Assembly (NCBI GenBank): GCA_030616475.1
Contig: JAUWXF010000001.1
Coordinates: 6,845 to 70,844, forward strand
Length of the DNA stretch: 64,000 nucleotides
Direction: 5' to 3'
Source: Desulfobacterales bacterium
GTDB lineage: Bacteria; Desulfobacterota; Desulfobacteria; Desulfobacterales; C00003060
Shown here one piece after another: positions 16,475-24,347 of this stretch; position 1 is the first letter of the stretch; each line of letters opens with the position of its first letter. The notes beneath the pieces were generated by a model. The model made no database searches, had not been told where the DNA came from, and saw only the letters and a program-made list of their open reading frames with translations. The position numbers and the translations under genes were made by a program.

Positions 16475-16523
16475 AAAAAATCAACCCCTCCTCAAAATCT
16501 GTCTTAGCCTTAAGACCAAAATC
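16475..16523 (-). repeat. Roughly 45-nt repeat shared with 22945..22989 (remnant of an epimerase/dehydratase 3' end)
   Basis: ATCAACCCCTCCTCAAAATCTGTCTTAGCCTTAAGACC occurs here and, with 2 substitutions, at 22950..22987. The minus-sense translation is GLKAKTDFEEGLI. Confidence 0.7.
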
Positions 16524-16714
16524 TTTCTTTGCTTTCTCAGTTTCCGGCCTCGGGCCCGTCAGGCCTACGCCCTCTCCGAGCTGTAGGCTTTCCGAGCCGG
16601 AGGCCTACGCCTGGTTTATTGTTGTCAAGAGTTTATTTGTTTATGAGTGTATTCTCCTGCGGAGAGGGAGGCGGTGCTAACGGAGGGAGCCAGTAGGGTG
16701 ACCGGGTATTAGTT

Positions 16715-16802
16715 CTGGTCATTTGGTCATTCGGTATTCGAATTTGTTTGCGGCGTGCGCCTTGAGAAGAGTACGGATTTCGGGTTTCGATACTCGGATT
16801 TT
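16715..16802. repeat. Partial copy of the ~220-bp element (40725..40941, 61989..62206)
   Basis: It shares TGGTCATTTGGTCATT and TTTGCGGCGTGCGCCTTGAGAAGAGTACGGATTTCGG with those elements (reverse-complement match to TTCTCAAGGCGTGAGCCGCAAA). Confidence 0.6.
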
Positions 16803-16837
16803 GCCTGAATATGACTTTTCGTTCAGGCACTAATTGG

Positions 16838-16873
16838 ACGTTTCGGAAATTCTACAACTTATTGAAGTTAAAG
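16838..16873 (-). promoter_or_regulatory. Motif A copy (orphan, no convincing downstream gene)
   Basis: ACGTTTCGGAAATTCTACAACTTATTGAAGTTAAAG. Confidence 0.35.
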
Positions 16874-16905
16874 ATATTTATTCGTGCTATTGCAAGTTCG
16901 ATCAG

Positions 16906-17071
16906 GGACACGAAGTGAAGCTTGCGCTCATAATGGAATGATGGAATATTGGAATTATGTAAAAGAAAAAAAGACTGAAATCCTCTTAAACCCAACATGA
17001 GCGCAAGCTTCACTTCGTGTCCAACATGAGCGCAAGCTTCACTTCGTGTCCAATATTCCAGTATTCCAATT
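16906..17071. repeat. Composite element: a 26-nt perfect inverted repeat with a tandemly duplicated right arm, interleaved with GGAATGATGG/CCAATATTCC arms
   Basis: GGACACGAAGTGAAGCTTGCGCTCAT (16906..16931) has its exact reverse complement at 16997..17022 and again at 17026..17051 (29-nt period). AATGGAATGATGGAATATTGGAATT (16932..16956) faces CAATATTCCAGTATTCCAATT (17051..17071). Confidence 0.85.
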
Positions 17072-17150
17072 GTGAGCGAAGCGAACTAACTTGGGTTATC
17101 AGCCGGGGGTAATGGGGGCCATCCTTGTACAGTTGTTCCATAAGGATTCT

Positions 17151-18215
17151 CTACTCGGCTTTGGTATCGTTGTGCCTTTTGTTGATCGGCAGTCTGATTG
17201 TGAAAGTCGTCCCCTGGCCTAATTTGCTCTTCACATCTATGGTTCCACCATGCTGTTCAATGATGCCAAGAGTTATGGCCAATCCCAGACCGGTTCCACC
17301 TTTTTGGGTCGTAAAAAAAGGCTCGAAGATTTTATCTGTTTCATCTTTAGCAATACCTTTCCCCGTGTCGCTCATTGCAATCTCGATTACTTCATCCACG
17401 GGAAAGAATCTGGTGGTAACGATGATCCTTCCACCTGGATCGGTTGCCTCTATAGCGTTTAGGGCAAGGTTAATAAGACACTGTAGAATCTGATTTTTAT
17501 TCACACTAATGATCGGAATATCCTCAGACAAGTCATGCGTTAGGGCGATGTCTTTAAATTCTGCCTTTTTTTGGGTCAGGTGCATACTTGCAATAACAAT
17601 ATCATTGATATGATGTTCCTCTCTATCCGATTCTGTTTGACGAGCGAAATCGAGTAGACTGGTTACTATCTTGCGACAACGAAGCGTTTCACTGCTAATT
17701 GTTTCCAATTCTTGGAAATTTGGATCATCCGGGTCGATATCCTCTTGCATCAACATTGCTGTGGTTAAGATGGTGGTCAAAGGGTTATTTATTTCATGAG
17801 CAACTCCTGCGGCTATGCGACCGACGGCCTCCATTTTCTGAACTTGCCGGAGTTGGGCTTCGAGTCGCTTTATGTCGGTCATGTCGCGGATGAATCCCTG
17901 CTTTCCGATAATACTTCCGTGATTAGCCCGCCGCAGGGTCGCAGTGAGCAAGCAGTCCATCTGCGTTCCATCTTTCCTGCGAAACTTCACCTCAAAGTCT
18001 CTCACAGATCCTTTCTCTTCTATCTCCTGCTCAAACCGGTACCTGTCATCAGGATTCATACATATCTCTTCGATGTCCAGACGCATCATCTCTTCTCTTA
18101 TATAGCCAAAGAGGTCGAGGGAAGACTGGTTGACGTCAATTGCAACGTTAAGTATCTTATCTTGTACCATCTTTTTGCCATAAAGAGATTCGAGAATTGC
18201 AACGTTATTTTGCAA
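17151..18215 (-). CDS. Sensor histidine kinase (PAS + HisKA + HATPase)
   Basis: 354-aa ORF with H-box AAGVAHEINNPLTT and the boxes NLALNAIEA, DTGKGI, GTGLGLA. Confidence 0.9.
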   Translation of the reverse strand: MQNNVAILESLYGKKMVQDKILNVAIDVNQSSLDLFGYIREEMMRLDIEEICMNPDDRYRFEQEIEEKGSVRDFEVKFRRKDGTQMDCLLTATLRRANHGSIIGKQGFIRDMTDIKRLEAQLRQVQKMEAVGRIAAGVAHEINNPLTTILTTAMLMQEDIDPDDPNFQELETISSETLRCRKIVTSLLDFARQTESDREEHHINDIVIASMHLTQKKAEFKDIALTHDLSEDIPIISVNKNQILQCLINLALNAIEATDPGGRIIVTTRFFPVDEVIEIAMSDTGKGIAKDETDKIFEPFFTTQKGGTGLGLAITLGIIEQHGGTIDVKSKLGQGTTFTIRLPINKRHNDTKAE

Positions 18216-18224
18216 TCTTTGTAA

Positions 18225-19547
18225 CTAGGCTGCACGGCGGAAAGCCTGTTCAGTTGCGTCGCGAATTTCATCCGGAGTAAATGGTTTGCGTACGTAATCG
18301 ATAGCCCCCGATCTACCGGTTTCCACAGCCGACTCTATGCTGGCATATCCGGTAATAATAATGACCGAGGTGTCTGGATCCTTATCACGAATAGCCTCCA
18401 TAAGCTCCAAACCTCTTACCTCCGGAATTCTCAAGTCTAACAGAACAACGTTGTAGGCTGTTTCTTCAATTTTTTGAAGAGCCTCGTTCTTGGTGACGGC
18501 CTGATCTACATGGTAACCCGTCTTGGAAAGTATTTTCCTGATATTGTTACTGATAGCAACTTCGTCGTCGATAACCAATACGTCTTTGTAGGCAGGTTCT
18601 GGCATAACTTCAGGGTAGATTGGTATGGGCTCAGGCTCTTTTTCCATCAGTCGAGCAACGTCTTTCTTTAGTTCCTCATAAGACTTCAGCTCGTCATAAG
18701 GGATAAAAGAGATGCCATCACGGTGCAAGTTCTGAACATATTCAGGTCCGGTTATCGAGACCACCTCTGCGTAATTAAAGGGATGATCTATGCCGATTAG
18801 TCTTTTTGCATCAAACGCTTTTTCTATCCTAGCAGCCTTTTTCTTTCTTGCCTTTTTCTCGGGACATTCCGCGGTCTTAGCCCCTGCCTTACATGTATGC
18901 ATTAACTTTTTGTATATTTTGCACACCTTCCCTCCCACTTCACAGAAATTCTCCAGAGTTTCTGGTGCTGGCATTTCAACAACCGGCATATCCGAAGGGC
19001 CAAGCATCCTGGCATATTCTTCACCGGTATATTTCGCCACCTCATCTCTGTCAAAAGGCATATCAACATCTATGATATCAACACCTTCTCTTTCTTTTTC
19101 TTCTTTTTCCGCAGCAGAGACTTCAACTGTAATATCAATAGCCTCTCTCTCTTTTTCCGCAGTAGAGGCTTCAACCAATTCCCCTGCCAGGGCCCGTTCC
19201 ACCTTAGATCTTAACTCATCCGGGGTGAATGGCTTGGGGATGTAGTCCACGGCTCCCAACCGCATTGCTTTCAGTGCTGTATCGGTGGTTGCATAGGCTG
19301 TAATCATCATAACCTTGGTGAGTGGCCATTGGTCCTTAACAAGTTTCAAGAATTCAAGGCCATTCATTCCTGGCATGACGACATCGGAAATAAGAAGGGA
19401 ATACGCTTCCTTGGCCATTTTTTCCATGGCTTCTTCCGCACTTATGGCATAACTTACCTCATAATTACTTTTGGACAGGACCTTTTCCATGTTTTGACAG
19501 ATTAGCTTTTCATCATCGACTACCATAATCTTGGCTGTTGTTTCCAT
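18225..19547 (-). CDS. Dual-receiver protein (REC - ~200-aa unknown middle region - REC), with no recognisable output domain
   Basis: 440-aa ORF. REC1 is IMVVDDE..LLISDVVMPGMNG..ITAY..KPF and REC2 is VLVIDDE..VLLDLRIPEVRG..ITGY..KPF. The middle holds an internal repeat (DMPFDRDEVAKYTGEEYARML / DHPFNYAEVVSITGPEYVQNL) and a Cys cluster CEVGGKVCKIYKKLMHTCKAGAKTAEC. Confidence 0.85.
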   Translation of the reverse strand: METTAKIMVVDDEKLICQNMEKVLSKSNYEVSYAISAEEAMEKMAKEAYSLLISDVVMPGMNGLEFLKLVKDQWPLTKVMMITAYATTDTALKAMRLGAVDYIPKPFTPDELRSKVERALAGELVEASTAEKEREAIDITVEVSAAEKEEKEREGVDIIDVDMPFDRDEVAKYTGEEYARMLGPSDMPVVEMPAPETLENFCEVGGKVCKIYKKLMHTCKAGAKTAECPEKKARKKKAARIEKAFDAKRLIGIDHPFNYAEVVSITGPEYVQNLHRDGISFIPYDELKSYEELKKDVARLMEKEPEPIPIYPEVMPEPAYKDVLVIDDEVAISNNIRKILSKTGYHVDQAVTKNEALQKIEETAYNVVLLDLRIPEVRGLELMEAIRDKDPDTSVIIITGYASIESAVETGRSGAIDYVRKPFTPDEIRDATEQAFRRAA

Positions 19548-19693
19548 TTTTTCCTCCTTTTATTTTGATGAATTGTTAATTACTTTGGCTCCGCTTCGTC
19601 CGACTTAGGCGGAGTTGAGTGGTTGAGTCGTCGAGTAGTTGAGTGGTATTGCATCTAGCCATCAGGACCTGTTTGTGTTTGTCAACAGAACAT

Positions 19694-19709
19694 AGCAGGT
19701 TGCGTGCCA
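19694..19709 (-). promoter_or_regulatory. Candidate sigma54 (-24/-12) promoter upstream of the dual-REC gene
   Basis: The minus-strand reading is TGGCACGCAACCTGCT: a perfect TGGCACG -24 box with TGC at the -12 spacing. It lies about 150 nt upstream of ATG 19547 and downstream of the second NtrC-type gene. Confidence 0.65.
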
Positions 19710-19783
19710 AAAGAATTCAAATTAGGTAACTATCAGATATCTCTGAGGAAAGTTTCATGCGTAGGATTAACGCAAAAGATGAA

Positions 19784-19810
19784 GTGTATAAGAAAAATAT
19801 ACACCTTGGT
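19784..19810. promoter_or_regulatory. Candidate enhancer (UAS): GTGTATA-N7-TATACAC palindrome
   Basis: GTGTATAAGAAAAATATACAC spans 19784..19804. Further GTATAC-type half-sites lie at 19808..19816, 19892..19899 and 19908..19919. AAATATACACCTTGGT is shared with 1916..1930. Confidence 0.45.
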
Positions 19811-19923
19811 ATACGGAAGGATATTAACGGAGTGACTTTAAGTAGGCGAGATTAGAGGTTGATTATTGATATAAAGCTGAAAATTCAACGGGTGTATACA
19901 AAAAAAATACAGGGTATAAGTTT

Positions 19924-21369
19924 TTACCGAGAAGAGCCCAGGCTCCTGTTTTTGCTTAATCTACGATCAAGCGGGAGACTAATGCCATGTTTTTTCATAA
20001 GATTCTGAAAGTTGGTTCTCTGGAGTCCCACTTTTTTTGCTGCACGGGTAACGGTCCAGTTGCTTTGCATCAGGGCATTCAGAACGAAGTTCTTTTCAAC
20101 CGTGCTAACCGCCTTCTGTCTGATCTCCTTCTTGATTCTCTTGAGTTCTTCATTGGTTGAAGGAATGCGGTCAATCAATTGCTCGATATCATTTAGAAAG
20201 GGGAGCTCCTTTGGGCTGATTTGCTCTTTTTCGCAAAGAATGATCGCTCTTTCAGTCACATTTCTCAATTGCCTTACGTTTCCGGGCCAGTCATATTGTC
20301 TTAATCTATTCACTGCGTCGTTGTCAAAACCTGCGATATTCTTTCCCAAACTGCGGGTGAACTGCCTCATGAAATGATATGCGATGGGCAAGATATCCAT
20401 TTTTCTTTCCCTTAATGGAGGCATAATTATGGGGTATACGAATATTCGATAATAGAAGTCTTCTCTGAAAGAACCCCCGGATACCATTTTCTTAAGATCC
20501 TGATTGGTGGCAAGTATCAGGCGATTGTCCGCCTTCTGTGGGGATGTGCTACCCAGAGGTAAAAACTCGCGGTCCTCTAAGAAGCGAAGAAGTTTGGCCT
20601 GGACTTCTAACGACATATTACTTATCTCATCCAAAAAAACGGTGCCTCCATCCGCCAACTTGAAAATACCGGGTTTGTCTTTATGAGCCCCGGTAAATGC
20701 TCCTTTGGTATGACCAAATAGCTCACTCTCCAAAAGGTTGCTTGATAAAGTCCCGCAGTCAACGGCAAAAAAGACCTCGTCTTTCCTTCTGCTATTGGCA
20801 TGTATTGCCCGTGCGATCAATTCTTTTCCTGTTCCGCTCTCACCACAGATAAGAACCGTAGAATGTGTTGGTGCCACTTTTTTCACCATATCGATAACTT
20901 TTCTTATCTTAGGACTCTCTCCTATGAGTTGGTGAGAAAATGATTTTAAATCTCCTTTTTGTTGCCTCAGTTTTTGGTCTTGGAGTCGGACTTCTCTTTC
21001 AGTCACGGCTTGACGGACAATAGCGCGAAGCTCATCTGGCGTAAACGGTTTTGGAAGGTAGTCAAAGGCCCCCATTTTCATTACCTCGACGGCAGAAGAA
21101 ACGCTGGCGTAGCCAGTAATCACAATAACTATCGTGTCAGGATGGCCCTCTTTCACCCGACGAAGTACTTCCATGCCGCCAAGGCTACTCATTTTCAAGT
21201 CAGTTATTATTACATCAAACCCTTTCTCCTCCACTATTTTCAGGGCATCATATCCGTTCAGAGCATATTCAACTTCACATTCCATTTGTGACAATATCTT
21301 TACGCAATTCTGGCAGATAGGGAGTTCATCATCTATGACCAGGATACGAGGTGTAGAATCAATGTACAT
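19924..21369 (-). CDS. Sigma54-dependent response regulator (NtrC family)
   Basis: 481-aa ORF with REC (ILVIDDE..VIITDLKMSSLGG..KPF), GESGTGKE, GHTKGAFTGA and the HTH VTRAAKKVGLQRTNF. Confidence 0.95.
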   Translation of the reverse strand: MYIDSTPRILVIDDELPICQNCVKILSQMECEVEYALNGYDALKIVEEKGFDVIITDLKMSSLGGMEVLRRVKEGHPDTIVIVITGYASVSSAVEVMKMGAFDYLPKPFTPDELRAIVRQAVTEREVRLQDQKLRQQKGDLKSFSHQLIGESPKIRKVIDMVKKVAPTHSTVLICGESGTGKELIARAIHANSRRKDEVFFAVDCGTLSSNLLESELFGHTKGAFTGAHKDKPGIFKLADGGTVFLDEISNMSLEVQAKLLRFLEDREFLPLGSTSPQKADNRLILATNQDLKKMVSGGSFREDFYYRIFVYPIIMPPLRERKMDILPIAYHFMRQFTRSLGKNIAGFDNDAVNRLRQYDWPGNVRQLRNVTERAIILCEKEQISPKELPFLNDIEQLIDRIPSTNEELKRIKKEIRQKAVSTVEKNFVLNALMQSNWTVTRAAKKVGLQRTNFQNLMKKHGISLPLDRRLSKNRSLGSSR

Positions 21370-22798
21370 CTATATCTCCCAGGTCGAGAGGCAGTCTGAT
21401 TGTGAAAGTCGTCCCCTGGCCTAATTTGCTCTGCACATCTATGGTTCCACCATGCTGTTCAATGATGCCATGAGTTATGGCCAATCCCAGACCGGTTCCA
21501 TTTTTCGTGGTTGTAAAAAAGGGATCAAAGATTTTATCCATATCTTCATATGGAATACCCCTCCCTGAGTCGCTGACCGTAATTTCGAACGTTTCAGTTT
21601 CCGGAACAAATTTCACAGAAAGGGTGACTTTTCCTCCGGGATCAGTCGCTTCTATTGCATTAAGTGCCAGGTTGATCAGAGCCTGTTCGATCTTATCTTT
21701 ATCTATATTAATGAGCGGCAGATCCTCCGAAAGGCTCTCCTCTATAGCCACATTATTGAACGCCGCCTGTTTTCTGGTCAGTACAATACATTCCATGACA
21801 AGATCGCTGAGGTTATGTGCTGTCTTAGACGGTTTCATCTGGCGAGCAAAATCGAGAAGGCTGGTAACGATTTTGGAACAGCGCAGGGTTTCGTCGGTAA
21901 TAGTTTGCAATTCCTGGTATCTTGGATCACCATGGTCGGTATCCTCCTGCATCAACATGACGCTGGTCAAGATTGTGGTCATCGGATTATTGATTTCATG
22001 GGCTACGCCGGCTGCCAACCGACCAATGGAAGCCAATTTCTCTTGCTGCATCATGACCTTCTGAATATTGACATCCTTTGTGATGTTCCTTGATATTCCT
22101 ACCACCCCGATCACCTCACCGTTTTCAAAGAGAGGATAGCAGGAAACTGCATAAAAAAGCTCTCTATTATCCTTGTCTAAGTGAATATGGGTTGTCTGGG
22201 AAGGCTTCTGGCTTTTGAGGGCTTCGGGCAGTGGACAGGGTTGTCTTTCGCCGGAGCATGGTGCGTTACGATGGTGTGAAACTTCGTAGCAGTATCGACC
22301 AATGGCCTCCTCCCGTTCAAGGCCCACTTTCTTCAACAGGGTCTCATTGACATCCAGAATTCGGTAATCAGGCGCGATAACCATAACGTCTTCGTTAATG
22401 GCCACATTCATTATCACATCGTACCTTGCTCTTGTCTCTCTAAGCTCCTGTTGTGTTAAATTCTGGTCGTCGTAAACAACAGAAATCTCTCTTAAAAGTA
22501 GTGCAATCCGGTGGTCGACGGCCCGAACCGTTTTTTTCTTTTTATCACAGATATCATTGTAGATATCCTGATTGCCCGTCAATTCCATTATAAGATCAAT
22601 ATCGTCTCTATCAAAAAGATCATTATAATCGTTTGTGACGAACAGACCTTTTTTTCTTGCCTTGACCAGACCGGCAGCGTTGTCTCTTTTGTCGGCCACG
22701 GCCACTACTTTGGGAAATATCTCTTGAAAAGAGTGTCTTTCAATCAAATCCAACAGGTTACGACACCGAGTACCTCCACCTACGACAGCAATGTTCAT
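21359..22798 (-). CDS. Sensor histidine kinase with an N-terminal Rossmann-like domain and a Cys/His-rich PAS domain
   Basis: 479-aa ORF. The N-terminus is MNIAVVGGGTRCRNLL..VVAVAD. The PAS region has CYEVSHHRNAPCSGERQPCPLP. The H-box is AAGVAHEINNPMTT. It overlaps the NtrC-type start by 11 nt. Confidence 0.9.
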   Translation of the reverse strand: MNIAVVGGGTRCRNLLDLIERHSFQEIFPKVVAVADKRDNAAGLVKARKKGLFVTNDYNDLFDRDDIDLIMELTGNQDIYNDICDKKKKTVRAVDHRIALLLREISVVYDDQNLTQQELRETRARYDVIMNVAINEDVMVIAPDYRILDVNETLLKKVGLEREEAIGRYCYEVSHHRNAPCSGERQPCPLPEALKSQKPSQTTHIHLDKDNRELFYAVSCYPLFENGEVIGVVGISRNITKDVNIQKVMMQQEKLASIGRLAAGVAHEINNPMTTILTSVMLMQEDTDHGDPRYQELQTITDETLRCSKIVTSLLDFARQMKPSKTAHNLSDLVMECIVLTRKQAAFNNVAIEESLSEDLPLINIDKDKIEQALINLALNAIEATDPGGKVTLSVKFVPETETFEITVSDSGRGIPYEDMDKIFDPFFTTTKNGTGLGLAITHGIIEQHGGTIDVQSKLGQGTTFTIRLPLDLGDIDVH

Positions 22799-22876
22799 GG
22801 TAAATCTCCTATTTCAAAAGGTTGGTGAATTTTCCTTAATTTCTGCCCCTTATGGAAACCAACGATTGATTCAATA

Positions 22877-22987
22877 TTAGCTAGCCCGACAAATAAAATC
22901 AACTTTTGAATCCTTAACTTTTTCCTTATACCATTTTTCTATTGTTTTTATCAACCCCTCCTCAAAATCTGTCTCAGCCTTAAAACC
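22877..22987 (-). pseudogene. 3'-terminal remnant of an NAD-dependent epimerase/dehydratase gene
   Basis: The minus-sense translation GFKAETDFEEGLIKTIEKWYKEKVKDSKVDFICRAS* resembles the C-terminal signature of this family (..feeGl..Ti.WY..). In-frame stops lie immediately upstream. Confidence 0.5.
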
Positions 22988-23035
22988 ACTATTTTTTGAC
23001 CAGATTCACAGGATTCACAGGATTTTTCGTAATAG

Positions 23036-23224
23036 TTCAGTCTGGCCGACTATTGGGATCAGACCCAGGAAGTTGAATTCGAAGTCAGGGCCAAACGTAG
23101 ACGGCGTGTAACCCTTGCTCCGGAAGTCTACGCACGAATTGAGGCTCAGGCCCGTGCACGTGGTATTTTGCCAGAAACATTGGTCAACTTGTGGCTAGTT
23201 GAACGGCTGCAGGAGATACGGTAG
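23036..23224 (+). pseudogene. 5'-truncated BrnA/CopG-like antitoxin fragment
   Basis: An open frame without ATG reads ..LADYWDQTQEVEFEVRAKRRRRVTLAPEVYARIEAQARARGILPETLVNLWLVERLQEIR*. This resembles the C-terminal ribbon-helix-helix part of such antitoxins. No toxin partner is present. Confidence 0.45.
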
Positions 23225-23261
23225 GACTTGTCCAGCTTGACCTCAATAGCTCCTTCATGCT

Positions 23262-23486
23262 TCAGGCCTTCTCGAGCAAGGGTTCCATTTCCGGATGACT
23301 CGACCTGTCCACCTTTATTCTTCCTTCCTTGATATATTTTATCATCAGGTCAAGACCGTGTACACGCCGTATTTGTTGAAGAAGTTTCATATCGCAGCTT
23401 CCGAAGCACCTTTGTTTGCAGAAACCGGAAAGAAGATGACAGAGCGTGCTAGAGATATGGGGCCAAATCCGTTGAGGGACGGTCAT
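23262..23486 (-). pseudogene. Possible remnant of a CCG-domain gene
   Basis: MIKYIKEGRIKVDRSS resembles VLKEYLETGRIKVDKSK of the 27092..28438 product. The rest of the ORF has no recognisable motif. Confidence 0.25.
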
Positions 23487-23710
23487 TGGTCATTAGTCAG
23501 ACTTAAGAAGGGTATTAACTCCGGAAGATCCAGCTTAGGTAGTTCAGATATAAGCTTTACTATTCTGCGGAGTTCAGGCATAAGCCTTTTAATTGGAACC
23601 TGTAGACCTAAAATCTTTTTCTTGAGGCCTGTAGAAACATGATGCAATCCTTGGCAAGGTACAACCAATGGCCAGTGACTAATGATCAATGACCAGTGAC
23701 CAATGACTAA
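23481..23710. repeat. Stutter-hairpin element (GGTCATTGGTCATT arm / CAATGACCAGTGACCAATGAC arm)
   Basis: GGTCATTGGTCATTAGTCAG (23481..23500) faces CCAATGGCCAGTGACTAATGATCAATGACCAGTGACCAATGACTAA (23665..23710). Confidence 0.7.
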
Positions 23711-23726
23711 ACCGGGGGTAGCATAA

Positions 23727-23945
23727 ATGATTGTAGCCAAGAGAAAACCCTTTAATGAGATCAAAGAATCGATTTCCGGTGCGAATAAGATTCTTGTTCT
23801 CGGATGTGGCACCTGTGTGGCAGTGTGTCTGGCCGGAGGTGAAAAGGAGGTGGCCATTCTGGCCTCGCAGTTGAGGATGGCCCTCCAGTTGGAAGGTCAG
23901 AATGCGCACGTTGACGAACTCACCATTGGATGGAAAAATGCGTGA
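23727..23945 (+). pseudogene. Truncated MetV-like (methylene-THF reductase C-terminal-domain-like) gene fragment
   Basis: MIVAKRKPFNEIKESISGANKILVLGCGTCVAVCLAGGEKEVAILASQLRMAL.. resembles the N-terminus of MetV-type proteins (from memory). The frame stops after 72 aa, where such proteins continue. Confidence 0.4.
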
Positions 23946-23999
23946 AGATCGCAGGCGATCTTCTCAAGGAGATAAAGTCCGCCAAGTTGGTTTTCACGA

Positions 24000-24280
24000 T
24001 AGCGTCTTGAACCGCCATGTGAAGCTGATACCCGACATGGTGGTGGTTGAGGAGGCCTTCCGCCCTCATCCAGATGCCGCACGTGTGTCGCGAGTGCTGC
24101 GGATCGACACCGATTCTGAAGGTTTTTTTTCAGCAGGATAATGTTCACTATCTTCCGATCCGTACCAACCGGGAAGGGATCTTTGTGATTGGTTCGGCAA
24201 TGCAACCGCGCAATCTGATGCACGGGTGGACGGATAAGGAGCTGGGACCCAATCGCATAAAAAAACAGGCTGCTGCCTAA
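24000..24280 (+). pseudogene. Frameshifted remnants of an HdrA C-terminal region
   Basis: Two different frames give RIDTDSEGFFSAG and IRTNREGIFVIGSAMQPRNL. Compare the intact paralogues: G..DGFFLEEH and TATDGVFLAGACQGPKDI. Confidence 0.45.
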
Positions 24281-24347
24281 CCACCTTCATGAATCTCTTG
24301 GTTAATCAGGCGGCGAAGGGGCTCATCAAGGACGGGACGTAAACGTT

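Noticed and set aside
16633-16830. Track ORFs lying in repeat DNA (16633..16830, 45753..45977, 53248..53535, 59431..59708, 61942..62154)
   Set aside because: Their sequence is made of the intergenic repeat modules. They lack ribosome-binding sites and give low-complexity peptides.
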